Origin: Candidatus Babeliales bacterium
GTDB lineage: Bacteria; Babelota; Babeliae; Babelales; JANWKD01
NCBI GenBank assembly: GCA_963722075.1
Contig: CAVRJM010000001.1
Coordinates: 96,001 to 160,000 of the forward strand
Length of the DNA stretch: 64,000 bases
Direction: 5' to 3'
Position numbers and translations under genes: made by a program. The notes under the pieces are model-generated. The model worked only from the letters and a program-made list of their open reading frames with translations, was not told where the DNA came from and did no database searches. This document shows, piece after piece, positions 30,769 to 42,200 of the stretch; the first letter of the stretch is position 1; each line of letters starts with the position of its first letter.

Positions 30769-31318
30769 GATGTTCCTTATCCGTGTTATTTGTGGTTAAG
30801 AGCGCTGCGGTTTGTTGAGGTTGTTGTTTAAAATAATTTATGAGATCTTTTACGCTGTCAAAACCAATAAATTCTCCTGTTTGAGAATTAGTAATACGTA
30901 TATTAGGAATTCCATAAAAGGCGCCAAGCTCATCCATTCTTTTGCGGACAAATGGTTCAATATAAGTGCGCATAGTCATAGTTCCTTGTAAATTTTTTTT
31001 TGTGAGCTCATCATAAGTAAGTTCGCCCAGTTTTATTAATGTTGAATGAACTTGCCCAATATTTATACAATATTGTTTTTTTTGCAGTGATATTCTTTTT
31101 TTTCCACTTAAAAGACTGGTTGCATATACAATTGCAGTTGCTTCATCAACAACTTCAAAAGATTCTCCTAGAGAGCCTGCTGGTAAATTTATTAGTTGTA
31201 ACCAGTTGAGGGGTTGAGGAGCCTCAACTTTCATTGCGTTGATTGCTTGATGTGCTAATAAAAAAATTAATAAAGAAATTGTTTGTTTTTTGTACAAAAC
31301 GAATGTTTTTTTAACCAT
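30761..31318 (-). CDS. Secreted hypothetical protein, family C
   Basis: AINA|MK; KLGELTYDEL..TGEFIGF shared with the upstream gene. Confidence 0.7.
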   Translation of the reverse strand: MVKKTFVLYKKQTISLLIFLLAHQAINAMKVEAPQPLNWLQLINLPAGSLGESFEVVDEATAIVYATSLLSGKKRISLQKKQYCINIGQVHSTLIKLGELTYDELTKKNLQGTMTMRTYIEPFVRKRMDELGAFYGIPNIRITNSQTGEFIGFDSVKDLINYFKQQPQQTAALLTTNNTDKEHHG

Positions 31319-31769
31319 GCTGTTCCCCGCTCGTAACATTATTTATAACTAGATTTTTCGAATAATCGGAAAAGTCTTGTTTAAATCCGATTATTTCCCC
31401 CGTTTCAAGTGAAATAATCGGCTCTTTTGAAAACTTATGAGCTTTAAGTATACCTTCAAATTGTAGCGTGATAAACATAGAAATAAAAAGTCCTTTAGGA
31501 ACATTATTATCTAGTTTTTGTTGTACTAATAAATCATAGGTAAAGCTAGCGAGCTTTGATGTAGCAGCATGGATAGAATATATATTATTTTCTGAAGGGG
31601 AACTGAGAACTTTTTTGTCTTGATCATCAAGCTTTTGAAGCCCAACCATGTTGGTAATCGCAGCAATCGTGCTTGATTTAAATAATAGGCGAGCTTTTTC
31701 TATATCGTTCTCCATAGCGCTACTACTGGCACATCCAAATATTAAAAAAAATAAGAGGTAATGAATCAT
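31311..31769 (-). CDS. Secreted hypothetical protein, family C
   Basis: SSSA|ME; KLASFTYDLL..TGEIIGF. Confidence 0.7.
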   Translation of the reverse strand: MIHYLLFFLIFGCASSSAMENDIEKARLLFKSSTIAAITNMVGLQKLDDQDKKVLSSPSENNIYSIHAATSKLASFTYDLLVQQKLDNNVPKGLFISMFITLQFEGILKAHKFSKEPIISLETGEIIGFKQDFSDYSKNLVINNVTSGEQHG

Positions 31770-31779
31770 AATTGTTCCT

Positions 31780-32124
31780 TTATAAAGTGTCTTCATTTTT
31801 TTCGGTTAATACATGATTAATTATATATTCTTTTAATTGATCAGTTTCGCATTCATAAATAAGATAATTTTTTTGTTGAGCGAGCTTTGAAATATGAGTA
31901 ATTAATGATTGCAGTGCCTGTTGGCTCTTTTTACTGTTTTTTTTATATTCCTTAAGGGCATTGCGTTCTATTGGGGATAATCGTTTCCAAGCATCTTTTT
32001 GATAATTACTAAAAAGGGCGGCAACCATATGGGGATTTAGGGGTATATGTAAATTTGGTGAGGACATTTCCATTGCATTAGTAGTTATATAAGTGAGCAA
32101 TATAAAGAGCATCAAAAAAATCAT
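31780..32124 (-). CDS. Secreted hypothetical protein (possibly family C)
   Basis: TTNA|ME; co-oriented with and tightly linked to the gatB operon. Confidence 0.65.
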   Translation of the reverse strand: MIFLMLFILLTYITTNAMEMSSPNLHIPLNPHMVAALFSNYQKDAWKRLSPIERNALKEYKKNSKKSQQALQSLITHISKLAQQKNYLIYECETDQLKEYIINHVLTEKNEDTL

Positions 32125-32275
32125 AAACTACATCCTTTTATGCAATACCTTCATGATTTATCTTTTAGAATAATATAGAACAAGAAAGAAAACAATTTAA
32201 ACTTGCTAAAAAAAATGAAGAGATTTACTCTGTAAGCGTAAATTATATTTTTTAATAATATATAAAGGGCATATC

Positions 32276-32845
32276 ATGAAAAAATTTTTCTATTTGTTAT
32301 TATTATTGGCAATGCCTGTTAATTTGATTAATGCAAATGCTGAAATCATTTATAGCAAGGCTAAAAGCAAAGTAATTAAAAAAACATTTAAAAAACATAC
32401 CAATGATAATGTGATTGCTACAGCACCTCAATGGGGATCTATTAAAAAAATATCTGATAATGATCGCGAAATATTAATTACCCATATGAAAATTTCAAAA
32501 GCGGATCTTGAAAATGAATTTATACAGTCAGCATTCGCTACCAGTGCAAGAATGGAAGTTACCAAATATGATGAGTTACGTTGCGCAGAAACTTGGACCC
32601 GACCAGCATTTATAGACGCAAAAAAAATAGCGCAAGAATCCAAAACGTTTAAAGAGTATATTCTTAAGAATATTGTAAATAGTGTTTTATTTTTGAATGG
32701 TGATTTTGAGCGCAATTTAGAATTTGAAAATAGTATTGGTACGGTACTTGATAGTGAAAGCTCAATTACCGTGAGCAGAATGGAATGTTCTGATACTGAT
32801 TTTATTGTTGAAATTAAAACTAATTATCTGTTTTCAAATAAATAA
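32276..32845 (+). CDS. Secreted hypothetical protein
   Basis: Signal peptide ANA|E; 189-aa ORF. Confidence 0.65.
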   Translation: MKKFFYLLLLLAMPVNLINANAEIIYSKAKSKVIKKTFKKHTNDNVIATAPQWGSIKKISDNDREILITHMKISKADLENEFIQSAFATSARMEVTKYDELRCAETWTRPAFIDAKKIAQESKTFKEYILKNIVNSVLFLNGDFERNLEFENSIGTVLDSESSITVSRMECSDTDFIVEIKTNYLFSNK

Positions 32846-32847
32846 GG

Positions 32848-33072
32848 ATGATATTAGAAAATTCATCCCCGTCACCTTTTTTAGTGCAACTACTAGAAAT
32901 TGTATCGCTTAAGCATGATGGAAGCTTAGCATCGATCGTAGAAGTAACGCAGCAAGAATGGGTTCATAAAATCAGGCCTCCCGGAATAGAACGGTGGCAA
33001 GTTAATCCCAATATCATCGAATTCTTTGAGCAAAAAAGGGCTTTTGTATTACCATTATTAAGCGGAAGATGA
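32848..33072 (+). CDS. Hypothetical protein, possibly a frameshifted fragment
   Basis: Short ORF after a stop; a coding-like alternative frame (AEDDFIALYFDTIGRLLY..) continues to about 33150. Confidence 0.3.
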   Translation: MILENSSPSPFLVQLLEIVSLKHDGSLASIVEVTQQEWVHKIRPPGIERWQVNPNIIEFFEQKRAFVLPLLSGR

Positions 33073-33299
33073 TTTTATTGCATTGTATTTTGATACGATT
33101 GGAAGGTTATTGTATCAAGCATATAGATCAAAAATAAAAGTATCTGTTTAATTTTCTTGACAACACAAAAATGCATTGTTAGGATTTCGATAATTCAAAT
33201 AAGAAATTATAATGTCCCTAAATGAATAATACATCTGTATTATTCACCCCCTAACCCTTCAGCTTACTTAAGTTGGAGGGAATTTTTTTTGTAGTTTTT

Positions 33300-33569
33300 T
33301 TACATGAATGAAGAGACTTGGATAGTGCGAATTTGACCTTCTTCAGTTTCCATAATGATAAGGTCATTACCAATTTCTTTGATGTTCCATTTGGCAAGCG
33401 TATCGGCGGCATTCTGGGGCTGTTCTTTTTTGATTTCTTCTTTTGGTTTTTCGACAGCAAATTCAAATGGATTTCTTACTTTATTTGAAGCAGCTGATAA
33501 GGTGAGCACACAGATAAATAAACTGATATTGCGCTTACAAAGTTCGGATAAATTCATAAAGAAATTCAT
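33300..33569 (-). CDS. PilP-like small pilus/secretion accessory protein
   Basis: Hydrophobic N-region, RNPF motif, short beta C-terminus; directly downstream of a PilO-like gene. Confidence 0.4.
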   Translation of the reverse strand: MNFFMNLSELCKRNISLFICVLTLSAASNKVRNPFEFAVEKPKEEIKKEQPQNAADTLAKWNIKEIGNDLIIMETEEGQIRTIQVSSFM

Positions 33570-34144
33570 AAGGGCTCCTTAATATCAGTTATGCTAAACA
33601 GCAAAGAAAGGGTGAGATTGTTACTATTACTACTTAAGGTGACTTTTTTTATATGGGTAAGGTTATGTTCATGTAAGGCTGAAAAAAAAGAAAGAATCTG
33701 ATTAAAATCTCCGGTGTAATCAGTGTGAAATAGATGGGAGGTATACCATTTTTTTTGAATGGTCTCTAAGGGAGTATGATTGAGAATAGTAAGATTATTT
33801 TTTTGTGCCAACTGAAATACAATACGTAATACCTCATGTATTGATTTATGATTTCTTTTATGCCTATTAACATCTTGCTGCAAGGTAGCAATACGCCGTG
33901 CTGATTTTTTACGAAGCTGTTTATTTTTGATCTGTAATGATTTTTTGGTATTTTGTAATTGAGTTAATGCTGTTACTTGTGCTGTATTAGCATGTATATA
34001 TGATTGTACTGTTTGATATACGCATATAAACCATACGATCATGATGAGGCATAAAATTCCCGTGGTAATCCAGTAGTATAACCGTTTGGGTATTTGAAGC
34101 AGCGCATAGGTACATTTATTCAGGCGAAAGAAAAAATCGATCAT
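33566..34144 (-). CDS. PilO/GspM-like protein
   Basis: N-terminal TM, coiled coil, LAQKNNLTI..YTGDFNQILSFFSAL ferredoxin-like pattern. Confidence 0.6.
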   Translation of the reverse strand: MIDFFFRLNKCTYALLQIPKRLYYWITTGILCLIMIVWFICVYQTVQSYIHANTAQVTALTQLQNTKKSLQIKNKQLRKKSARRIATLQQDVNRHKRNHKSIHEVLRIVFQLAQKNNLTILNHTPLETIQKKWYTSHLFHTDYTGDFNQILSFFSALHEHNLTHIKKVTLSSNSNNLTLSLLFSITDIKEPL

Positions 34145-34167
34145 ATAATTCTTTCACTAAAAAAAAA

Positions 34168-35373
34168 TTAAAAATTAGGCTTTATCCATTGCATAGGATC
34201 TACTGGTATATTATTAATTCTCATCTCCCAATGTAAATGATATCCACTTGCATACCCAGTTTTGCCTAATGTGCCAATAGGATTTCCTCGTTTAATTTTA
34301 TCGCCCACCGCTATGTCAGCAAAATTATCTAAATGATAGAAAAGTGAAAATACTCCGTATCCGTGATCAATAACGATAGTATTACCGCTATGCCCGTATC
34401 TGTTTTTTATGATGACAATACCATCTTGGGTAGCCCATACCACCGATTTAGGGGTATTAAGAACATCTACTGCTTTATGTGCATAGCGTCCTCGTTCTTG
34501 GGTAGTGCGTACGGTACCATATTCAGTTGAAATACTTTTAATATCAATTGGTGGGTAAAAAATTCCCTGCCATAATTTTTCTTGTGGTGAGCGTGGTAGT
34601 AATTCTTCAACATCACGTTCTAATTGAGCAGCGGCTAAACCAGCTTCTTTTTCTTCTTGTGCTTTAGTGGCATCTACATGTAAATTTTGCTTTTTAAATT
34701 GAAATGCAACGATTTGAAATTTAGTTTCAAGAGTCATGGAATTACCTACTTGATCGTTAACTTCTACGGTTAACAAATACTCATTAGGTGTTTCTTCACA
34801 TTCAATAGGGATAAACGCTTCGTAAATAGGTGAATTTTTAGATTCTTGAAATGCCGGATACCGATGCGAAAGGGTAGTTACCCATGCTGATTTTATTTCT
34901 TTATTCACTTGGAATTGAATATGAAGCGTTCTTCCTTGAAACACTTTATATTCTGATTCAGGTCGTATAAACGCTGCTTGTAAGGGCGTGTTATCAACAA
35001 CGAAAGGTATTTCTTTTACTGTTTTTTCTTGTTTATAAGTGCCATTAGTAACTTCTGCTTTAAGGATATGGGATCCGTTTGATAAGGTACGTGTTGAAAT
35101 AAAGAATGGATGTTCACAAGATGTTGAATTGATTTTAAATTTATTAATGAGTAATTTGCCATCAAGCCATACCGAAATATCAGCTACTTTATAATTATCA
35201 TGCGCATTTAAGACACATTGAACATCGTCTGCATAAAAATGATGATCATTAATACCAATTACCAATAATTCAGGTATATGAGTATCAAAAAAATAATGAT
35301 AACTTTTCCAGCCTAAAAAGAAAAAAATAATTAAACCAATTAACGATACAACGTGTAAAATACGAAAATTCAT
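34168..35373 (-). CDS. M23 family metallopeptidase with N-terminal membrane anchor
   Basis: HKAVD, GNTIVIDHG, YHL, GKTGYASGYHLHWEMR, VDP. Confidence 0.92.
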   Translation of the reverse strand: MNFRILHVVSLIGLIIFFFLGWKSYHYFFDTHIPELLVIGINDHHFYADDVQCVLNAHDNYKVADISVWLDGKLLINKFKINSTSCEHPFFISTRTLSNGSHILKAEVTNGTYKQEKTVKEIPFVVDNTPLQAAFIRPESEYKVFQGRTLHIQFQVNKEIKSAWVTTLSHRYPAFQESKNSPIYEAFIPIECEETPNEYLLTVEVNDQVGNSMTLETKFQIVAFQFKKQNLHVDATKAQEEKEAGLAAAQLERDVEELLPRSPQEKLWQGIFYPPIDIKSISTEYGTVRTTQERGRYAHKAVDVLNTPKSVVWATQDGIVIIKNRYGHSGNTIVIDHGYGVFSLFYHLDNFADIAVGDKIKRGNPIGTLGKTGYASGYHLHWEMRINNIPVDPMQWIKPNF

Positions 35374-35517
35374 GTAGTGTTTCCATTCCCCAACAGTAAG
35401 ATATATGAAATTGATTAAAAAATTGACCGTATATTGTATTATAAAATGTTTTGTGACTTTCGTAAAACCGACGTTTTAGTATATTCGCTTCTTACAAAAT
35501 CTGACTTGTTTTTATAA

Positions 35518-35595
35518 CTGGATTCTTACGGCCTAAAGGCCTCAGAATGACAAGGATGCTGAAACGTCATCCTGAGCATGAGCGTAAGGATCCAG
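35518..35595. repeat. CGTC-type palindromic repeat pair
   Basis: CTGGATTCTTACGGCCTAAAGGCCTCAGAATGACA / CGTCATCCTGAGCATGAGCGTAAGGATCCAG. Confidence 0.8.
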
Positions 35596-35692
35596 GGATT
35601 AATGCATTTTAAAAGTATTGCAATGTAAATGCTTTTGCCAACCAAAGACTAGAGACATATTTATATAATTAATATAAGGAGTTATTAATTAA

Positions 35693-35763
35693 TGGATTCC
35701 CACACTTCGTTCGGAATGACAATCGGACCGATCATCGTCATGGCTAGCTTGCGCGGCCATCCA
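35693..35763. repeat. CGTC-type palindromic repeat pair
   Basis: TGGATTCCCACACTTCGTTCGGAATGACA / CGTCATGGCTAGCTTGCGCGGCCATCCA. Confidence 0.8.
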
Positions 35764-35823
35764 TTAATAAAATGCTGGTCGTTCTTAAAAGTATTGCTTT
35801 CTTAAAAATCGAGTCATTAAACT

Positions 35824-37473
35824 ATGGCTAATTATATTTTAAGGAGTTACAAATTGGTCATATCGCCTTTATCATTTGTTTTTATTATGAGCATTCTTTC
35901 AATGGTAACCATTTCAGGGCAACAAACTATTCCTGGTACCAATAATAAATTAACCTATGATGATTTTTTTACGCGTTACCAACAAGGGCAGATGGTCAAT
36001 GCACATACTAAAAACGATTTGCCTGCAGCATGCAAGCAAGGAGCGGCACCGACTCTAATGAGCTTTATAAAGACGGCTTCCCCGCATGTTAATCATCCAT
36101 CTGGCGGGCAGTTATTTCCTAATGATGGGCAGCTGGGGCAGTTGCTGACGACATTTTTAACAAACCTAGAACAAGATGAAACATCACGAAATTTTACTAT
36201 TTATTTTACCAAGCTGCATTTGCTTATTTTGCATCAGCTTTATATCTACCTAACTAAAATTTATACCGTTTTTAATATGTCTCATATAGATGCAATCCAA
36301 AAGTATTTAACCTTAGATGCCAAACAAGCGCTCAGTAAAAAAACATTAATAATTAATCATTTAATTAATATTATCGAAATGCAATCCAATGGCGCCATTC
36401 GCGCTCGTTTTCCTTCAATACCTAAGCATTTGGCCACCTATACAGGTAATATGTTAATGAAGCAAGATTACGGTGCTCAATTAAGTTTAATGCTTGATAA
36501 ATCTGAAGATTTTTTACTTTCAAGTACCGATCCACAAGTAAAGGAGTTGATAACGCCAACCGTCTCTACCATGCGCGATAGTTATTTAAGTTTATTTGGC
36601 GATTATTTAAGCTTTTTCCATGAATATACCCAAACACTTAATCAAGATGATACGTCGCATGGCTATGTTGGGTTTAATACTTTTGCAAAGCATGCACAGC
36701 GAATTGGCGAGCTACTGAGTGGAACAATTCCTGAAATGAGTACAACAATCACTAGTATACCAGAAAAAGTTGCTTGGTTGCGCTCATTAAAGAAATTAAA
36801 TCCGCCGATGTTTTTTTATGACGCTGAAACAATGCGTGGTCTTAAAATTATTCCCCATATTGCAAAATCATTACCCAAGAATGTACAAAGCATTCCATAC
36901 CCACAAAAACTCGTGGAAGATGCTAAAAAAGGAGTGCATTATCAACCTAAATTTGGTCCGCAAACCGGAATGCTCATTGCATTTTACCAAGGGGATCGCC
37001 TTTTTGTGAACATTCCTACCATGCAATATCCATATACTCAAGAATTAATACCGCAACCAGAATGGCTTAATTCATCCAGTGGGGTGATAAAAATGCTACA
37101 AGCATGCCTGGGAGACTTTTCTGCCTTATTAGATCCTGCTTTGGCAAGTGAGGATATTTTAGATCCTTGTTTACAATGTATTGTGCAAAATGCATCGATA
37201 AAAGCAGGATTAATAGCGGCAACTTCTACCACCTGCAAGATTTGTACCGCCTTTATTGATTCTATTCAAGCCGAGATTACCAATTTACAAGCGAAACATA
37301 TTGTGACTCCAAGTGGTCCTTCGGGTGGTGGTATTTCAACAGGCGGTACTGGAACGGGAGGCGGTGGCATTTCAACAGGCGGAACGAGTGATGGCTCGGG
37401 CGGTCTATCGACCGGCGGTCTTTCAACTAATCCTTCAAATAATCAAACGGGATCTATAGGAACGGGGCAATGA
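35824..37473 (+). CDS. Secreted hypothetical protein with a Gly/Ser/Thr-rich tail (operon gene 1)
   Basis: Hydrophobic N-region; tail repeats GGGISTGG; ATGA overlap with the next gene. Confidence 0.8.
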   Translation: MANYILRSYKLVISPLSFVFIMSILSMVTISGQQTIPGTNNKLTYDDFFTRYQQGQMVNAHTKNDLPAACKQGAAPTLMSFIKTASPHVNHPSGGQLFPNDGQLGQLLTTFLTNLEQDETSRNFTIYFTKLHLLILHQLYIYLTKIYTVFNMSHIDAIQKYLTLDAKQALSKKTLIINHLINIIEMQSNGAIRARFPSIPKHLATYTGNMLMKQDYGAQLSLMLDKSEDFLLSSTDPQVKELITPTVSTMRDSYLSLFGDYLSFFHEYTQTLNQDDTSHGYVGFNTFAKHAQRIGELLSGTIPEMSTTITSIPEKVAWLRSLKKLNPPMFFYDAETMRGLKIIPHIAKSLPKNVQSIPYPQKLVEDAKKGVHYQPKFGPQTGMLIAFYQGDRLFVNIPTMQYPYTQELIPQPEWLNSSSGVIKMLQACLGDFSALLDPALASEDILDPCLQCIVQNASIKAGLIAATSTTCKICTAFIDSIQAEITNLQAKHIVTPSGPSGGGISTGGTGTGGGGISTGGTSDGSGGLSTGGLSTNPSNNQTGSIGTGQ

Positions 37474-39263
37474 GAATAATAAAAACGATGTTTTTATGTT
37501 ACTTATATTTAAATAATAACTTAGTTTTATCCGTTACTCACGAAATAGAAAAAATTATTGCCAACGTGTACGGCTCGGTGGGTATTAATAGTATGGAGCC
37601 AGAACTACATAAAATTCGAGAAATGCTTATTACCATTTCGCAGGCTACCCATTGTCAATTATTTGAGATTGCACAATTAGTGCGTGAAGATATAGAGCAG
37701 CTATTACAGCATTTAGAAGAAGAAATTAAAGAACAAGATGAACAACACAAAATGGTGGGAACGCATCGATTTTTTAAGAGGTTTTATTACCAAACGCAGC
37801 TTGAACATATATCTGCCTATAGTAACCAGCTTTATAAAAGCTTTCCTTTTTTAGAACAAATCACTTGCATGGTAAAAAAAATAACAAACCCCATTACTTC
37901 ATTATTTCAAAAAGAAGAAGGGAAGCTTTCTTTTCAAGAAATGGGGGCAAATCAGATACTTGATTATATGCAATTTGAACAAGAAATGTTATCGCATTAT
38001 AAAAATTTGCTTACGTTTTTTGCAGCAATTAAAAGAAATCAACTACCCGCAATTATTAATACCTGGTCAACTAGATCGGTGCAACACGCAGCGGCAATGC
38101 GTGTTCGCCATCTAGAGCCTCAGATACAAATGCAGCAATTTGAAGAGATTTTTGCTATTGCATTACAATCCTATATCATGGCGGGTGGCGGCATGTATAC
38201 GCAATGGATTGATGAACAAGATCAACTTGAATATAAAAAACTTTCTGATGAGCAAAATCAAATCCGATCTGATTTTGAACTCTATTTGCATAATATAAAA
38301 ACTGCTCAAGAGACAATTACTAAAAAAATCCTCAATGGGTTTCAACAGGGCATGAAAGATATTGGCGCAGATTATAAAAAAGCTAATAAAGAGCAAGAAG
38401 ATGAACAGGTATATTTATTTAAATCGATCAACCTAGATTACCCTATTGTTCGTGCTTTAAATCTGCCGCCCATTCCTTTTGATCAGATTTTTGCAGCAAG
38501 TATTATGAGTACGCCAGCACGACACCGATGGTATAACATGTATCAATACGGTGACTGGGAATTTGACGCAAAAAGAAATAGCTTTTGGCAAAATGGATTA
38601 GTCTTATTTGGCATTCCATTTTGGCAGGCAACTGATAAAACAGATCAATCACTTATTTCTGATCCTTCACAAAATAGTATCTTTACTGAATACATTAGTA
38701 ATGATGCATCGTATGACATTGTAGTAGAATGTACGCTTGTTAATGCGCAATATCCCTTTTTTGTAGGCCTATTATTTAATAGAGCGCGTTGGATTTCTGC
38801 TGATCCTGAACGAATTTGGCAATATCGATTGGTTGGCTTATACGGTACACAACTAAAACCGGATGACCCAAATACCCGTACCATTAACCTTTGTTTTGCA
38901 CAGCAAATTCTTGCCACTGTCAACAAGCAAGAGAATATTATTTCACCATTGCAGCAAATAACAACGAGCAATAAAAGTTTATTTCAATTGTCCGCTGCTG
39001 ATGCTAAAACGTTAATTAAAGATTCTCTTACATATCGTTTTGAAATTAATGTTGCGCCGACGAACGTTACGATAACGTTACTCAGTAAAGATGGTACTAA
39101 ACTATATAGTAATACACTGAATAATCTTGATCCATATCTTGCAATTTTTAATGGTATTGGATTTATGGCGGCAGGATGTCAGGCTGAATTTAAAATTATT
39201 AAACCAGAACAGCTCGTTTACACGGCAGCTGAATGTAAAGAATTTCTGGAGACACATACATGA
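37470..39263 (+). CDS. Secreted hypothetical protein: helical N-part, coiled coil, beta-sandwich C-domain (operon gene 2)
   Basis: Signal-like N-terminus; C-half paralogous to the central part of 39260..43888. Confidence 0.8.
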   Translation: MRIIKTMFLCYLYLNNNLVLSVTHEIEKIIANVYGSVGINSMEPELHKIREMLITISQATHCQLFEIAQLVREDIEQLLQHLEEEIKEQDEQHKMVGTHRFFKRFYYQTQLEHISAYSNQLYKSFPFLEQITCMVKKITNPITSLFQKEEGKLSFQEMGANQILDYMQFEQEMLSHYKNLLTFFAAIKRNQLPAIINTWSTRSVQHAAAMRVRHLEPQIQMQQFEEIFAIALQSYIMAGGGMYTQWIDEQDQLEYKKLSDEQNQIRSDFELYLHNIKTAQETITKKILNGFQQGMKDIGADYKKANKEQEDEQVYLFKSINLDYPIVRALNLPPIPFDQIFAASIMSTPARHRWYNMYQYGDWEFDAKRNSFWQNGLVLFGIPFWQATDKTDQSLISDPSQNSIFTEYISNDASYDIVVECTLVNAQYPFFVGLLFNRARWISADPERIWQYRLVGLYGTQLKPDDPNTRTINLCFAQQILATVNKQENIISPLQQITTSNKSLFQLSAADAKTLIKDSLTYRFEINVAPTNVTITLLSKDGTKLYSNTLNNLDPYLAIFNGIGFMAAGCQAEFKIIKPEQLVYTAAECKEFLETHT

Positions 39264-42200
39264 AAATAATAACACAGCTTATACTCATCATGGGGTTATT
39301 GATTACACCGCGCGTATGGGCGGCTTCATTTACCGTTGATACTGCTGCTTCTTCTTTTAAATATTTACAATCAGATAGTTGTAGTTTTAACGATGCGAAC
39401 AATGCAGTAACTTGTAAAAGCGCCGGTGTTTTTCAAAATGTAAAAAAGGTTACTGGTGGAACCGCGTCGACTGGGCAGCAGTTAATTGGTTCATTTGTTG
39501 ATGCTACTAATAAAAGATATGATTTATATGCAACAACACCACAACATGTTATCAAACAAACAACCGATTTATTAGCAGCTATAAAGGCGACCGCTGCTGT
39601 TTTATTTAACCCAGTGGATGTGTTATCCTCAACCACCAATGGACCAGTTGTTACTAAACCAAATCCTTATTCAATAGCTTCATTAAATGAAAAAGCTGTT
39701 AATGCTTTGTGTGGGCCACAAGGGCTCAATCTTGATGCAAAATTAATCCAATACTTTAAAAATTTCTATTTTTATCTTGAATATGTGACGCGCTTAGAAT
39801 ATGCCGCACGTATAGCAGCGCTTGCAGCGCATTATAATATTGATATGGCAACGATTCTTGATAAAAAATCATGGCCCGATTTTGTTCAAACAGTTCAAGC
39901 AAAAGCAGGAAGCTGGAATAATTTAGAAAAAGCATTATTCCAACCAACGATCACCCCTAATTACTTAGGGATTATGGGGTATATTCAAGCAACTTCATGG
40001 GATGAATTAACCACATCGCCCTTTTGGGTTAGTTTAAATACTATTACCCAAAGCAGCATTATCAAAAGCAGCTTCTGGCAAAAATATAGTAAATATATGG
40101 TGACTCGTTCTTTTGTACAGGATCAAACGTTATTACTTTCAATTAAAGAAGTTGAAGAGACTATTTTTAAGTATATTCCTAATATCGAAGTTGCGTATTA
40201 CAATCCAGATTTTACTGCATTGCGTAATGCAACTGAAATGTTTCATATAAGTTTACTGCTTACTGATGCACAGCGATTGCGTATTATCCCCTCATGTATC
40301 GATTGGAGCATGCTTAAAGATGCGCAAAATACTGTTGATCTTACTCAAATCTATACGGCATCGCTTGAATTTAAGCAAACACCATTCTATTCAATTGCTG
40401 CAATGGCAGAAGATAATAGCCAAGCAGTATATACAAGCGTAGAACAGAATAAAGTTTCGGTGGATATTAATCTTTTTAAGCAAGAACCATTATTACAAGA
40501 AGAGTTGATCTTATTAAGTATGATCAAGGTGCTGCATGGATTAACTAATTATTTATACGATACTGATCATTTAGAAAAAACAATGGATGTATTAGCAAAT
40601 AAAAATATTATACAGCCCATACCGTCAATTTTTATTTACGCTCCTGAGGATTTTTTATATTTAGAAGATCTTAATTTGCTGCACAACAATTTTAAACAAT
40701 TAGCAACCAATACTACACCCGCTACTACAACTGAACAAAAAAAACAGGTTGTTCAGCATATGATGACGAGCATGTCGCAGCAAAAATCATCATCGACACC
40801 AAAAAATGTAGAAATGCAATTTGGATTTAGTGATTTATGGAACGGCGTGAAGGATAGCGCGGAAAGCACGTGGGATGTGGCTAAATCGGTAGGCCAAGAA
40901 GCAGTGTCTTTTGCAGAAGACGCCGGTAAAAAGGTAGCTAAAGAGGCAGAACAGTTAGGATTTGGAAAAGCGGTAGTAATGTTGGCAGGTATGTCTATAA
41001 AAGATGCACAACATCTATTGGATTCAGCAAAAAAAATTGAAGAATCGGTAGCAAGTGAGATTAAAGACGGTATGAAAACCGCCTCCAACTTTGTAACCGA
41101 TTTGCAAGATGAAGCGGAAAAAGGAATCAAAAAAATGGCTGATGCTATTACGGGTGGTTGTGAAACGGTTACCTTGCATTTTGATTCGGAATTATGCAAA
41201 TCGATTGGCGGTGCTATTCAAAGTGTTGCTGATATCGTGGTTACCGGTATTGCTGGTGATGTCTTAATGTATCTGAAGGCAATTGGTGGTATGATACAAT
41301 TAACGGCTGATGGTATAGATTTAATTGCGACAACGGCCGTTGACGTAGTTTCTGGCAATTGGGGTGCCATAGGAGGGGATTTAAAAAACGGTCTTCTTTC
41401 AATGGCGGCCGATGCAGCGGTGGTAGTATTGGAACCACTCCTTATCCAATTTAAGTATTTTATGCAACAATTAATGAATGCTATTCAATTTTGCCAATAC
41501 TTTATTTCTATTTTAACCCGTATATTTATAGATGCGACTACTGCCGTTGCTTACGCGCTGGGTGCGGAAGTAAGCATGTTTGGCAGCTTATTTGGCGTAA
41601 ATATTAATCCTAGTGACTGGGCAGATACGGTTGATACCGCTTTGAGTGAACATGAACGGTTAATTGGTACCTGTATTACCACTGCCTTATTATTGGCAAC
41701 CGTACCGTTAACCGGTGGCGCATCGATACCGCTCTTAGTGATGACGCTGGGGCCGCAGCTTTTTGCTATTTATGGAAGCTATCAAGATGATCAACTCGCC
41801 ATTGAGCAAAAACAAGAAGAAAAGGAATTTGTGCAAAGTTTTTCAACATATGTACAAAATAATAAAGTGATTGTTGCACAACAACAACAAGATTGGGCAG
41901 CAGAATTACATGATAAATATGAATCTGAGCTTGAAAATCAGGAACGTGGTTTAGGATTTTACGAAAACTTATTAGCGCATAATTTTGAAGCATTAAAAGA
42001 ACAAATGTCAACGGCGTTGGGTTCCTATTGGTCACAATTATTTACTCCCGATTCGCTCAATGAAATTCCAGCGCAAGTCGGGTCACTTTATGGCTTTAAT
42101 ACTAATGTATATGAGCTTAATCCATCTCAAGGATTTTCATTATATAGTGCTGCACGCAATAGTTTTAGCCAAGAAATAGCAGTATATCCAGCAATTGCTG

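Noticed and set aside
37312..37470. Gly-rich repeats as a collagen-like or VNTR locus
   Set aside because: No G-X-Y periodicity; only a few degenerate GG(I/L)STGG units forming a low-complexity tail.
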